Shown piece after piece: positions 29,791 through 39,739 of a DNA stretch of 64,000 nucleotides. The notes beneath the pieces are model-generated. The model was not told the DNA's origin. It searched no databases and worked only from the letters and a program-made list of their open reading frames with translations. Numbering within the stretch: position 1 is the first letter of the stretch; every line of letters begins with the position of its first letter. This stretch comes from Oceanobacter sp. (GTDB lineage: Bacteria; Pseudomonadota; Gammaproteobacteria; Pseudomonadales; Oceanobacteraceae), in assembly GCA_002733645.1 (NCBI GenBank), contig NVWL01000053.1, positions 4,649-68,648 on the forward strand. Reading direction: 5' to 3'. The position numbers and the translations under genes were made by a program.

Positions 29791-30522
29791 TTACAAGCGA
29801 TTGATCTCATAAGCGCACATATTGACTGCGCTGGCCAAGTTCAGCGATTCAATTGCGCCACATCCTTGGATGGTAAATGGATGTGGACTGATCTCTTCAA
29901 GTGCATCGTGGGGAATGCCACGGGCTTCGTTACCAAAGATGTAGCAATCGCAACGGCGGAATGAATCGTGGCTTAGATGCTCGCCATTCATATCCAGCGA
30001 AGCAATGTTGGGATAGCGTTGCGGTAAGCTCATTACATCAACATCTAGCTCAATCGGCAGGTGAAATATGGCTCCCATACTAGAGCGCACCACCTTGGGG
30101 TTAAACGGATCAACACTGTTGGCGCTAAGCAGTAAGCGAAAGCCGCCAAACCAACCCAATGTGCGAATGATGGTACCTAAGTTGCCTGGATCTTGTACTT
30201 CGTGCAGATACACAGCGCGCAGATGGTCGTCTTCGATACTTGCGGCGTCGGCCTTGATCATAGGTACCACTGCAATCACCCCTTGAGGTGATTTAGTATC
30301 TGAAATTTGCGCCATTTGTTTTGCGTTAATAAGGTGTTTTTTGAAAGGCGCAGGCCAGTCTTGATACTCGTCAGTGACGTACAATTCGCTGTTTTTCAGT
30401 GCGGGGTTTATTTCACATGCACGCTCTAACTCAAGTACCAAGTGTTCGCCTTCTACCAAAAATTTTTGGTGTAGGGTGCGATACTTTTTTTGGTGGAGTT
30501 TGCGAATGTCGTCGAGTTTCAT
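29791..30522 (-). CDS. TrmH/SpoU-family RNA methyltransferase
   Basis: 243 aa. It has ...VQDPGNLGTIIRT... and ...IFGNEARGI... plus the C-terminal ...ESLNLASAVNMCAYE motif. Confidence 0.75.
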   Translation of the reverse strand: MKLDDIRKLHQKKYRTLHQKFLVEGEHLVLELERACEINPALKNSELYVTDEYQDWPAPFKKHLINAKQMAQISDTKSPQGVIAVVPMIKADAASIEDDHLRAVYLHEVQDPGNLGTIIRTLGWFGGFRLLLSANSVDPFNPKVVRSSMGAIFHLPIELDVDVMSLPQRYPNIASLDMNGEHLSHDSFRRCDCYIFGNEARGIPHDALEEISPHPFTIQGCGAIESLNLASAVNMCAYEINRL

Positions 30523-30609
30523 GGCCGTCTCTGGCGATCAAATAAGCCACTATTGTACGCCACTAAAAAACGAGAGTCAGGTGGCTTAATTTTAAATCAC
30601 GATAAGGGA

Positions 30610-31275
30610 TTAGTCTTTATTCATAAATAGCTGAGTGCCTAAGAATAAGACGATAATTCCATTAATCATCGACTTCTTTGAAAGATGGTAATCGTTTAAG
30701 GCCCAATTTCGGGTCGCTTGAATAATACCACCGACAATGGCGTTACCAAGCACTTCGCTTTCTTCCTCTGAAAGTGGCCACTTATTGGTATAGCCCTGAG
30801 ACGCACTGAGTAAAATCGTCACAAAGCGACGAATATAATCGTTATAAAGATTATGCATGTGGTCACTGACGCCTTCCGCTTCGAACATGCATACTTTAGC
30901 GACTCTTGGGTCTTCCATTTCAGTAAAAAAGTGATCCAAGAGTTCGGTGAGAAGTTGATTTGGAGCTTCATCTTTATTGACGGCGATCAGTGTTGATTGC
31001 ACTTGGGTCATGATGCTTTTCAAGCAGCGCTCATACACCTCGATTAATAAAGCTTCCATTGAGCTATAGCTTTCGTAGAAGTAACGGTCTGTTAGACCGG
31101 CTTCTTTGCAAATTTTGCGTACAGTGGCAGCGTGAAACCCTTCGTTACCGAAGATATTTAGGCCCGCCTCAAGGAAGCGTTCGCGTCGTTCGGCGGTACG
31201 TTGCTCAAGGGTCATGCCCCGATAACTACGTCCGCTATTTTTTGATGCCGTTGATGTCATACACCAATTTGACAT
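30610..31275 (-). CDS. TetR-family transcriptional regulator
   Basis: It has an N-terminal HTH (...FLEAGLNIFGNEGFHAATVRKICKEAGLTDRYFYESY). The start may be the ATG at 31260. Confidence 0.8.
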   Translation of the reverse strand: MSNWCMTSTASKNSGRSYRGMTLEQRTAERRERFLEAGLNIFGNEGFHAATVRKICKEAGLTDRYFYESYSSMEALLIEVYERCLKSIMTQVQSTLIAVNKDEAPNQLLTELLDHFFTEMEDPRVAKVCMFEAEGVSDHMHNLYNDYIRRFVTILLSASQGYTNKWPLSEEESEVLGNAIVGGIIQATRNWALNDYHLSKKSMINGIIVLFLGTQLFMNKD

Positions 31276-31338
31276 CAGACGTCGTCAGAAGTAAAGTGAC
31301 ATTCGCTGTCGTCAGATGGTTTGGTGTTCTATTTGGTT

Positions 31339-31390
31339 GGTCTAGTTAGCAGGTCTACTTAGCCGATCTAGTTATTAGTCGGTCTAGCGG
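31339..31390. repeat. Four tandem imperfect direct repeats (GGTCTAGTTAGC-like) in the TetR/monooxygenase intergenic region
   Basis: The copies are GGTCTAGTTAGC (31339), GGTCTACTTAGC (31352), GATCTAGTTATTAG (31365) and GGTCTAGCGG (31381). In addition, GTCGTCAGA occurs twice (31281 and 31308). Confidence 0.6.
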
Positions 31391-31421
31391 TTGTCATATC
31401 GTGTATTGAGGTAATAAGAGA

Positions 31422-32879
31422 ATGAAGCAACACAACATCGTTATTATTGGTAGCGGCTTTGGTGGCCAGAGCGCAGCGATTAAACTTCTAAAACAAGGTC
31501 GTGAAGATTTTGTCATTTTAGAGCGTCGTAGCTTTATGGGTGGAACTTGGTGCCAGAACACCTACCCGGGGGCGGCTGTTGATGTGCAATCGCCTTTGTA
31601 CTCCATATCTTCAGAGCCTTACGATTGGTCGCAAATGTACGCGAATCAAGCCGAGCTGAATGAATATACAGAAAGTGTTATCTCAAAATACAACCTACGT
31701 GCCAAAACAGACACCAGCTGCAATGTGCAGAAAGTAGAATGGCAAGACGATATTTCGCGCTGGCATATTCATACCGATAACGGCGAAGTGTACGAAAGCC
31801 AATTTATTATTAATGCCTCAGGCCCACTCAGTACGCCGGTAATTCCTAACTTTAAAGGGCGCGATACCTTTAAAGGTAAGTCGTTCCACACCAACGACTG
31901 GGATCACGATTACGACTATAAAGGCAAAAAAGTTGCCATCATCGGTAGTGGTGCAAGTGCTGCACAGATTATTCCTGCCATTGCGCCAGACTGTGGCGAA
32001 CTGCACGTATTTCAGCGCACTCCGCACTGGGTAATGCCACGTCATGACAAAGTATTTAAGCCTTGGCAGCGTGCATTATTGCGTAATAAATTTATGTACA
32101 AAATGCTGCGCTGGAGCATCTATTGGGGTCTTGAAACTCGTATTATTGGATTTAAATACTCCGAAGCTGGTTTGAAACGTGCCGCTCAAGCACCGGCGAA
32201 GGCGCACATCAAACGCCAGATTAAAGACCCAGTATTACGTGAGAAAGTTACGCCAGACTACACCATTGGTTGTAAACGTATTATTTTGTCGAGTACTTTG
32301 TATCCGGCCTATTGTCGTGACAATGTGTTTGTACACAGCAAAGACGATGGCATTGATGAAATTACCGAAACAGGCATCAATACGACTCAAGGTGAAAACC
32401 TAGATTTCGACCTGATTATTTATTCAACTGGCTACGATGCCACTGATGGCGTGATTTCCTACCCAGTGGTTGGGCGTGGTGGAAAAACCATTGGTGATTT
32501 CTGGGAAGATTACCCACGTGCGTACTTAGGCACGACCATTCCAGATTTTCCGAACTTGTTTATCGTTACCGGGCCGAACACAGGTATTGGTCATACCTCA
32601 GCGATTTTTGTAATTGAAGCGCAAATGAACTACATCATGGATTCAATTAAACGTGTACTGACCTCACGTGCTAAATCCATTGAAGTAACACCAGAAGCAG
32701 AAGAGCGCTACACCAATCATATTCATGATGAAATGAAAAAAACGGTATGGGAAAAAGGCGGCTGTAACAGTTGGTATAAAAGTAAAAGCGGTAAAGTTAT
32801 TGCTATGTTCCCAGGTTTTAGTTGGACCTTCTGGTTACTAGCGAAAAACTTTAAACGTGCAGATCACACGTTTAAATAA
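31422..32879 (+). CDS. Flavin-dependent (Baeyer-Villiger-type) monooxygenase
   Basis: 485 aa with GSGFGG (FAD), GSGASA (NADPH) and FKGKSFHTNDW, which matches the FxGxxxHxxxW fingerprint. Confidence 0.8.
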   Translation: MKQHNIVIIGSGFGGQSAAIKLLKQGREDFVILERRSFMGGTWCQNTYPGAAVDVQSPLYSISSEPYDWSQMYANQAELNEYTESVISKYNLRAKTDTSCNVQKVEWQDDISRWHIHTDNGEVYESQFIINASGPLSTPVIPNFKGRDTFKGKSFHTNDWDHDYDYKGKKVAIIGSGASAAQIIPAIAPDCGELHVFQRTPHWVMPRHDKVFKPWQRALLRNKFMYKMLRWSIYWGLETRIIGFKYSEAGLKRAAQAPAKAHIKRQIKDPVLREKVTPDYTIGCKRIILSSTLYPAYCRDNVFVHSKDDGIDEITETGINTTQGENLDFDLIIYSTGYDATDGVISYPVVGRGGKTIGDFWEDYPRAYLGTTIPDFPNLFIVTGPNTGIGHTSAIFVIEAQMNYIMDSIKRVLTSRAKSIEVTPEAEERYTNHIHDEMKKTVWEKGGCNSWYKSKSGKVIAMFPGFSWTFWLLAKNFKRADHTFK

Positions 32880-32887
32880 GAGGCTTT

Positions 32888-33715
32888 ATGAATACTTTTA
32901 CTGGTAAAACCGTAGTTATAACGGGGGCAGCTTCTGGCATGGGGCGGGCGTATGCTCAGCTCTTTGCTAAAGAAGACTGCAAACTCGCACTCTGCGATTT
33001 TGATGCAAAAGGCCTTAGTGAGACCGTAAGCTTGTTAACATCAGGTAGTTGCAATGAAGTGTATTCTGAAGCGTTTGATATTTCGGATCGCGATGCAGTG
33101 TACTTGTTTGCCGAGAATGTGAAGGCTGAGTTCGGCAATGCGCATGTCGTCATTAATAATGCGGGAATAGAAGGTAATAATAGTCCTGTTTGGGCAATGC
33201 CTGACGAGTCTTACGAACGTGTTATGGCCGTAAATTTTAATGGCGTCGTTTATGGTACACGTGCATTTTTACCTCAACTACTAGAACAAGACGAAGCAGC
33301 TATTGTAAATGTGTCGAGCATTTTTGGCTTAATCGGTACGCCTAATAACTCAGACTATTGTGCCAGCAAATTTGCGGTGCGCGGTTTTACTGAAGCGCTT
33401 ATGGTTGAACTTAGCCAAAGCCATGTACAAGTTCATTTAGTGCATCCCGGTGGTATTGATACCAATATTACGCGGGCGAAAGAGAGTCAGGACTTTAGAA
33501 AGAAGTTCCTAACGACGGCACCGGAAGATATTTGCAGTTATGTAATGAAAGGCATTATTAAAAATAAACCAAGAATGGTTTACGGCAATAATGGCTTTCG
33601 CACATGGTTGGGCAGTCGACTTTTATCAACAAAAAACATGCAAAAATTACTGTGGAAAGAAATGAGCCCAGTAATAAATATGGTTGATTACACCAAACGT
33701 ATTCTGGGCAAGTAA
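32888..33715 (+). CDS. Short-chain dehydrogenase/reductase
   Basis: 275 aa with TGAASGMG, NNAG and the catalytic YCASK. Confidence 0.85.
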   Translation: MNTFTGKTVVITGAASGMGRAYAQLFAKEDCKLALCDFDAKGLSETVSLLTSGSCNEVYSEAFDISDRDAVYLFAENVKAEFGNAHVVINNAGIEGNNSPVWAMPDESYERVMAVNFNGVVYGTRAFLPQLLEQDEAAIVNVSSIFGLIGTPNNSDYCASKFAVRGFTEALMVELSQSHVQVHLVHPGGIDTNITRAKESQDFRKKFLTTAPEDICSYVMKGIIKNKPRMVYGNNGFRTWLGSRLLSTKNMQKLLWKEMSPVINMVDYTKRILGK

Positions 33716-33882
33716 AAAGCGCCAAATAACGCCATTCGGTCTGCTTATTCTGTCGATAACCGACCTATTTTTTTAGCCCGATTAACGTAAAGTATTTACA
33801 CTAATTATCGCTAGGTTCACGCTGGCGTCATGGCAAAAATGGTCAGTTCAAGTAACAACTTACGACCATACAGGAGAATGAT

Positions 33883-34746
33883 ATGAAAAATCTTAACGGT
33901 AAAGTTGCTGCGGTTACTGGTGCAGGTTCAGGTATTGGTCGTGCATTGGCGATTAACTTAGCTCAGCAAGGGTGTAACGTTGCACTGAGTGATGTGAATG
34001 AAGCCGGCCTTGCAGAAACTGCTGAATTACTTAAACAATACCCTGTGAAAATTACCACACAAAAACTTGATGTGTCTGATAAAGATGCCTTCTATGCGTG
34101 GGCTGATCAAGTCGTTGCCGATCATGGTAAAGCCAACCTGGTATTTAACAATGCGGGTGTTGCCTTGGCGGGTACTGTGGGAGATCTCTCCATTGAAGAT
34201 TACAAATGGATCATGGACATCAACTTTTACGGCGTTTTGTACGGTACAAAAGCATTCTTGCCGCACATGGAAAATGCGGGCGAAGGCCACATTGTAAATA
34301 TCTCAAGCATTTTTGGCTTAGCGTCGCAGCCGTTGATGAGTGGATACAACGCGTCTAAATTTGCAGTACGTGGTTTGACTGAGTCATTGCGTCAGGACTT
34401 AGACATCGCAGGTTCATGCGTAAGCACGACGTGTGTGCACCCTGGTGGCATCAAAACTAACATCGCGCAATCAACTCGCTTCAATGAGAAGTCATCTGAA
34501 ATTACAGGTGCAAGCGCTGACGATTCTAAAGCAGATTTCGAACGTTTGTTTATTACCACACCAGATAAAGCTGCGAAAACCATTCTTAACGGCGTAAAGA
34601 AAAACAAACGTCGTGTATTGATTGGCCCAGACGCTATTGCCTTCGACCTAATGGTTCGTACGATGGGTTCTTGGTACCAGAAAGTGATCGTGGGTGTGAT
34701 GAAGCTGCAAGCCAATCAGAATCGTAAGAAAAGCAAAACGGCGTAA
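33883..34746 (+). CDS. Short-chain dehydrogenase/reductase (paralogue of the preceding gene)
   Basis: 287 aa with TGAGSGIG, NNAG and YNASK. It is collinear with 32888..33715. Confidence 0.85.
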   Translation: MKNLNGKVAAVTGAGSGIGRALAINLAQQGCNVALSDVNEAGLAETAELLKQYPVKITTQKLDVSDKDAFYAWADQVVADHGKANLVFNNAGVALAGTVGDLSIEDYKWIMDINFYGVLYGTKAFLPHMENAGEGHIVNISSIFGLASQPLMSGYNASKFAVRGLTESLRQDLDIAGSCVSTTCVHPGGIKTNIAQSTRFNEKSSEITGASADDSKADFERLFITTPDKAAKTILNGVKKNKRRVLIGPDAIAFDLMVRTMGSWYQKVIVGVMKLQANQNRKKSKTA

Positions 34747-34766
34747 AATTTAGTGCCATTTTAAAG

Positions 34767-34801
34767 AACGCCACTGTGTGAAAATGCAGTGGCGTTTTTT
34801 T
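34767..34801 (+). terminator. Rho-independent terminator
   Basis: The hairpin AACGCCACTG...CAGTGGCGTT is followed by TTTTTT. Confidence 0.75.
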
Positions 34802-35040
34802 ATGAGGAAAGTCAATTTTCTCGACAATATAAGCCACTAATAATGTTTTCTGGCGCTTAATTGCTTTTCCAGTTCGGCGTTAAAATCTCAGTTTCATGTT
34901 CATTGGATTCAGACATGACCTAAATGTCATTTATACAGGAAAATAGAGTCATATTTGCTTTCATGTTTGTCGTAATTTGATAGTGTAATCCTGCTCGGTG
35001 AGAGTATTACGGGCGCAAATACACTATCAAGGAATTGATT

Positions 35041-35616
35041 ATGAAAAACTCCCAAGCTTATCCCTTTCTTTTAACTGCCGCTTTGTTATTGCCATGCTCG
35101 GCGATGGCTGGCACTGATAGCAATGATGTCTATCTTCATGTAAATGGCATTACCGACTGTACTTTTGAAGTGACTGCGCATGATTCTACAAAAGATTATG
35201 ATGGCACCACAGCAAAGGCCGAGTCCGGCAAATGCAAAATTACCGTAAAAGCTGATCGCAAGAAGAGCTCTGGTGTTGCCGATTGGTTTGCGGATCAAGT
35301 GGGCACGGGCAACGCTATCGCCTGCGACTCTAGTGGCCCAATGCCGGATAAACTTAATTTTGCCGTTGAAGGTACTCTGGTGATAACTCAAGGCGATAAA
35401 GTGACCACGTGTGAGAATCTTGTACTCGCACAGGGGAATATTGCCGTGGCATTCACTAACAACTGGTGGCTCGGTAGCCCAGATGTGAAGAGTGGTGGTG
35501 TGCCATACATTGGCCCTTTACTTCAGAGTTGCTCATCGGGCGGACGTCTTCCTCAGGTGGTTACCTATTCTCCACCACAGCCTTGCGTGAATAATTTTAA
35601 CCTAGTCGTCGAGTAA
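35041..35616 (+). CDS. Secreted cysteine-rich hypothetical protein
   Basis: The ATG at 35041 follows AAGGA. The signal peptide is MKNSQAYPFLLTAALLLPCSAMA. The mature part has 7 Cys. I recognise no family. Confidence 0.55.
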   Translation: MKNSQAYPFLLTAALLLPCSAMAGTDSNDVYLHVNGITDCTFEVTAHDSTKDYDGTTAKAESGKCKITVKADRKKSSGVADWFADQVGTGNAIACDSSGPMPDKLNFAVEGTLVITQGDKVTTCENLVLAQGNIAVAFTNNWWLGSPDVKSGGVPYIGPLLQSCSSGGRLPQVVTYSPPQPCVNNFNLVVE

Positions 35617-35638
35617 ACTGAGTAAGTGCAATTAAAAA

Positions 35639-35672
35639 GCGCCATGATGCGGAGCTATTGTGGCGTTTTTTT
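35639..35672 (+). terminator. Rho-independent terminator
   Basis: The hairpin GCGCCA...TGGCGT is followed by TTTTTTT. Confidence 0.6.
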
Positions 35673-35828
35673 AGATATATATTTATCAAATTTCTCTATT
35701 TAAACATTCGCTTAAGCTGAAAGTTAAAACGACCAGCTGCAAAGAGATTTTTGGAACTTCATTCGTAAATATTACTCCAGAGTAATAGCATTTAATTTAG
35801 ACGCTAACGTTGAGATTTAGGAGGACGC

Positions 35829-37199
35829 ATGGGCCAGAAATATCGTACAGAACATGACAGCATGGGTGAGGTCAACGTACCTGAAAATGCACTGTATGGC
35901 GCTCAAACACAGCGCGCAGTGGATAATTTTTCCATTGGTCAGCAGACAATGCCGGATGCTTTTTTGCGCGCTCTTGTCATAGTCAAGCTTGCGAGTGCAA
36001 CCACCAATGGTCGCACCGGAGCGCTAGATGAAGAAGTTGCAGCATCGATTGAAAATGCGGCGATCGAGTTATTGAGTGATAACCATTTTAGCGATCACTT
36101 TCCGGTGGATGTTTTTCAGACCGGCTCAGGCACCAGTTCAAACATGAACGTGAATGAAGTCCTGGCGCGCATGGCTTCCTTGGCGTCTGGCAAGGATGTC
36201 TCACCGAATGATCATGTTAATTATGGTCAAAGCAGTAATGACGTTATTCCTTCAGCTATTCATATTGCTAGCGCATTAGATATTCACAGTCATGTGGTGC
36301 CTGCGTTAGAGCATTTGAAAACCGTGTTAGCGAAAAAAGCACAAGACACGCATCACATGATTAAAACAGGGCGTACGCATTTAATGGATGCCATGCCAGT
36401 GCGCTTTAGCCAAGTAATATCGGGCTGGATAGCGCAAATTGAACACGCCGAGTCACTTTTACTGTTTAACCAGTGTCAGCTGCAGAAGCTAGCGATTGGA
36501 GGAACCGCGGTGGGGACTGGGGTAAACGCACCGGCAGGATTTGCAAAAGACGTCTGTGCCGAGCTAAGCCAGATCACGGGAGTCGTGTTCCGCCCTACTG
36601 ACAACCGCTTTGCCGCCATGGGGGCGCAAGATACCATCGTTGCCACTGGAGCTGCGTTAAAAACCTTAGCAGTAGCCTTGATGAAAATAGCCAATGACTT
36701 ACGCTGGATGAATTCAGGCCCGTTGGCAGGATTAGGTGAGATCGAATTGCCCGCATTACAGCCAGGATCATCCATTATGCCGGGAAAGGTGAATCCAGTG
36801 ATTCCCGAAGCGGTCGCCATGGCGTGTGCGCAAGTGATCGGTAACGACACCACGATTACCGTGGCAGGGCAATCGGGTAATTTCGAGTTGAATGTTATGT
36901 TGCCGGTAATGGCATCAAAGATATTAGACAGCACCGGTTTAATGGCTCGTTCAGCGATTAGCTTAGCGGATCAAGCCATTGCTGGCTTTACCGTCAAAGA
37001 AGACGTCATCAAAGAACCCTTAGCACGTAACCCGGTATTAGTGACCGCACTTAATCCTGTGATTGGCTATTTAAAAGCAGCAGAAATAGCCAAGAAAGCC
37101 TACAAAGAAGGGCGTGCAGTGATTGACGTGGCTGAAGAGATGACGGAGATAAGTCGTGATGAACTAGAGATTTTGCTTGATCCGGCGAGGCTGGTTTAA
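35829..37199 (+). CDS. fumC: Class II fumarate hydratase
   Basis: 456 aa with the GSSIMPGKVNP signature and full-length collinearity to FumC. Confidence 0.95.
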   Translation: MGQKYRTEHDSMGEVNVPENALYGAQTQRAVDNFSIGQQTMPDAFLRALVIVKLASATTNGRTGALDEEVAASIENAAIELLSDNHFSDHFPVDVFQTGSGTSSNMNVNEVLARMASLASGKDVSPNDHVNYGQSSNDVIPSAIHIASALDIHSHVVPALEHLKTVLAKKAQDTHHMIKTGRTHLMDAMPVRFSQVISGWIAQIEHAESLLLFNQCQLQKLAIGGTAVGTGVNAPAGFAKDVCAELSQITGVVFRPTDNRFAAMGAQDTIVATGAALKTLAVALMKIANDLRWMNSGPLAGLGEIELPALQPGSSIMPGKVNPVIPEAVAMACAQVIGNDTTITVAGQSGNFELNVMLPVMASKILDSTGLMARSAISLADQAIAGFTVKEDVIKEPLARNPVLVTALNPVIGYLKAAEIAKKAYKEGRAVIDVAEEMTEISRDELEILLDPARLV

Positions 37200-37229
37200 A
37201 AAACATTAGATGGTAGTTCTTATCCGTAG

Positions 37230-37260
37230 GTTGCGGTTAGCGCGAAGCGCGTAACCCAAC
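37230..37260. repeat. REP-like extragenic palindrome
   Basis: GTTGCGGTTAGCGCG-AAG-CGCGTAACCCAAC follows GTAGG. It resembles enterobacterial-type REP hairpins. I saw only one copy in the window. Confidence 0.5.
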
Positions 37261-37399
37261 AGGGGAGGGGATGAAATTTATCGTGGATAATTTTACCGAA
37301 AAATAGCAGTACTAATAAGTAGACGTTTCTCGTCAGTAACAGGACTGAGATTTTTAGACAATCCTTCAATTTGTAAATACAAGGCATTTATTTTTACGG

Positions 37400-38527
37400 T
37401 TAATCTACGAGTTCGATATTTATTCCCGTTGTTTTTAGTATGAACTCTGACGGGGTGAGGCTAGTCCAACGTTTAAATGCTCGGGTGAATGCCGGGGTGT
37501 TTGAAAATCCTAACAGGTTAGCTAATTCGGCAACGGAACGTCCTCCACGAGCAAAATATTCTCGCGCAAATCGCTCTTTCACTTTATCCACTTCTTGTTT
37601 GTAGCTAGTGCCTTCTTCGGCCAGTTTTCGTCTTAATGTTCGACTGCTCACTCCCAGTTCTCGAGCGGATTTTTCGAGTGTTGGGTAGGCCCCATAAGAT
37701 CGAGCTAAAAAGTGTTTCAATTTTAACGGTAAATACTTCATTGCTCGTGTGGGTATGTTTTGCAGAAACACTTTTTCTGCAGTTATCGCTAATAAACGAT
37801 TTGCCAATGGCAAATCTAAATCGATGCCATGAGTTTTTCTGATCATGCGATTTTGTGGGCGGTTAAACACTACGGGGCAATTAAAGTAACGACGATATAT
37901 GTGACCCCAAGCTGGTTCAGGGTAAGCAAGCTCGATACGAATAGGCATCATTTTTGAATCATGCCCAACGAGGTCATAGACCATGTTGTAAAAGCTCACA
38001 AAATTCAGCTCAATAAAGAACTCCTGATAGGGCTTGAGTGAGATATTTTCTTCGATAGCTATCCAGCTGACGTCCTCATCGACATGGACAGAAATTTCTA
38101 GCGGCGGAAAATATTCTCTACAAAATCTTGATAGGAGTAAGCAACACTCACGAAGATTTGGCTGAGTAACGACCGCCAGTCCCGCCATTCCATAATGAGA
38201 AACGGTCATGATGTTACCGATAAATAATCCGAGATAGGGCATGTTAAGGCGATCAATAGCCTGTTCTACGAGGGCCAGAACTTGTCGAGTAGATAAGTAG
38301 CGGTCGGCAATAACGCCATCAGAAAGGTCGACCCCTAGATTTTGAAACATTTCCTGGTAATCCATCCCCAACGTGATGCTAATCAGGGTTTCGATATGTC
38401 GCTCTCTGGATGGCCTCTCGCTATCCAGTGGGGCTAAACCATTGTCGACTTCAAAGCGCGGTTTTTCTCTGATAGAGAAGTACGTCAGGATATGCGCTAA
38501 TGGAATACACTCAGCATCTAGGTCCAT
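37400..38527 (-). CDS. AraC-family transcriptional regulator with an N-terminal ligand-binding-like domain
   Basis: 375 aa with a C-terminal double HTH (...ARELGVSSRTLRRKLAEEG... and ...LLGFSNTPAFTRAFKRWTSLTPSEF). Confidence 0.8.
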   Translation of the reverse strand: MDLDAECIPLAHILTYFSIREKPRFEVDNGLAPLDSERPSRERHIETLISITLGMDYQEMFQNLGVDLSDGVIADRYLSTRQVLALVEQAIDRLNMPYLGLFIGNIMTVSHYGMAGLAVVTQPNLRECCLLLSRFCREYFPPLEISVHVDEDVSWIAIEENISLKPYQEFFIELNFVSFYNMVYDLVGHDSKMMPIRIELAYPEPAWGHIYRRYFNCPVVFNRPQNRMIRKTHGIDLDLPLANRLLAITAEKVFLQNIPTRAMKYLPLKLKHFLARSYGAYPTLEKSARELGVSSRTLRRKLAEEGTSYKQEVDKVKERFAREYFARGGRSVAELANLLGFSNTPAFTRAFKRWTSLTPSEFILKTTGINIELVD

Positions 38528-38708
38528 GCGATTCTCAATTTTTTGGTTTGAATAACTAACATCGTAACGCCATGAGTACTATAGCTTAATCATTTGATCA
38601 TGTCGGCGGCGAGAACGTGTCCTAGGGTATTACGCCGCTAAAATAGCGGCGTTTTCCTGTTGTCACTGTTGTCACTGTGGCCCCTGACTGCAGGACCAAA
38701 GCTATTAT

Positions 38709-39581
38709 TTAGCGTTGATAATCAAAGGCAGAGAACCAGCCATCAATGACGTGTTCATCATGTTCTGCACCATCAAAATAGCTATAGGCCGATGAATCTC
38801 CTTTTAATTGAACTTCTAAAAATGCAGTAACCATTGTGCGGATACGTTCATGCTCTTCGCTTTCTCCATCGCCGATGAAATCAAGATGATTTGCATCTGT
38901 AATCATCGCTATCCCGCGCTCGATGTCAGAACGGAATTTTGGATAATAAACTTCACTGTTAATAGCGACTATGTCGTTTTCGGCACCTACGATCATGCTT
39001 GGTACGGTTATTTGGCCATAATCAATGGTGTAGGCACCGAGCCATGGGGCAAGTGCGATCATACTTGCAGGCTTTTCTTCCATCTCTTCGGCAGCCATTA
39101 TTGCGCCGCCACCGCCCATGGAGTAACCCATGATGTTACGGTTATTGAGATCGACCTTCCCTCTGATAGGGCTAAACCAACGGTTATTTTCCTGCGCTAA
39201 CACCTCAAAACCGGCGATGTGTGCTTTGCGCCAGATAGGGGGCACGGATAACGAATTTGTTGGTGTAAGGGTGAGCACAATATAACCATGAGTCGTCAGG
39301 TGGTCAGCTAACCAATACATTTGTTCTTTGGTATTGGTGAAGCCCCCGGTTAGTGTCGTTGAAGGGTAGGGGCCGTCACTTAAATCACATGGGTAAGACA
39401 TGCGCGCTGAGCGATAATCGTCGTTGTCTAAGTTATCTTCGTATGAGCAGATTTCGTAAGAGCCAGAGTTTGATAGTGCTTGCCCGTCTTGGCCTGGATC
39501 TGGATTGTTACCACCAAAACAGCCCGTTAATAAGGCTGCACAAACAATGGGGGTGAAAGTTAAAGCTGATAGGTTTTTCAT
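38709..39581 (-). CDS. Lipoprotein alpha/beta hydrolase of the cutinase / PETase-like (dienelactone-hydrolase-type lipase) group
   Basis: 290 aa with the lipobox LLTGC. The following blocks align with PETase/cutinase-like esterases as I recall them: GYSMGGGG (nucleophile elbow), [16 protein letters not shown] (Asp), DANHLDF (His) and [13 protein letters not shown]. Confidence 0.75.
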   Translation of the reverse strand: MKNLSALTFTPIVCAALLTGCFGGNNPDPGQDGQALSNSGSYEICSYEDNLDNDDYRSARMSYPCDLSDGPYPSTTLTGGFTNTKEQMYWLADHLTTHGYIVLTLTPTNSLSVPPIWRKAHIAGFEVLAQENNRWFSPIRGKVDLNNRNIMGYSMGGGGAIMAAEEMEEKPASMIALAPWLGAYTIDYGQITVPSMIVGAENDIVAINSEVYYPKFRSDIERGIAMITDANHLDFIGDGESEEHERIRTMVTAFLEVQLKGDSSAYSYFDGAEHDEHVIDGWFSAFDYQR

Positions 39582-39739
39582 ATGTCACTCCGTTCTTATT
39601 ATTAAAGTACAGAGTTGATAATACGAATGCGGAACTTAGAGTCATCCTATTTTGGAGCAGGTGATCAATTGTGGTTTAAGGTGTCATCTCTTTGGCCAAA
39701 AAGGGTAAAAGGGCTGCTTTTACTTACCTTTATTGATTT

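Noticed and set aside
38659-38678. A tandem 9-mer, TGTTGTCAC TGTTGTCAC, lies downstream of the PETase-like gene.
   Set aside because: There are only two short copies. This is most simply slippage or chance, with no supporting context.
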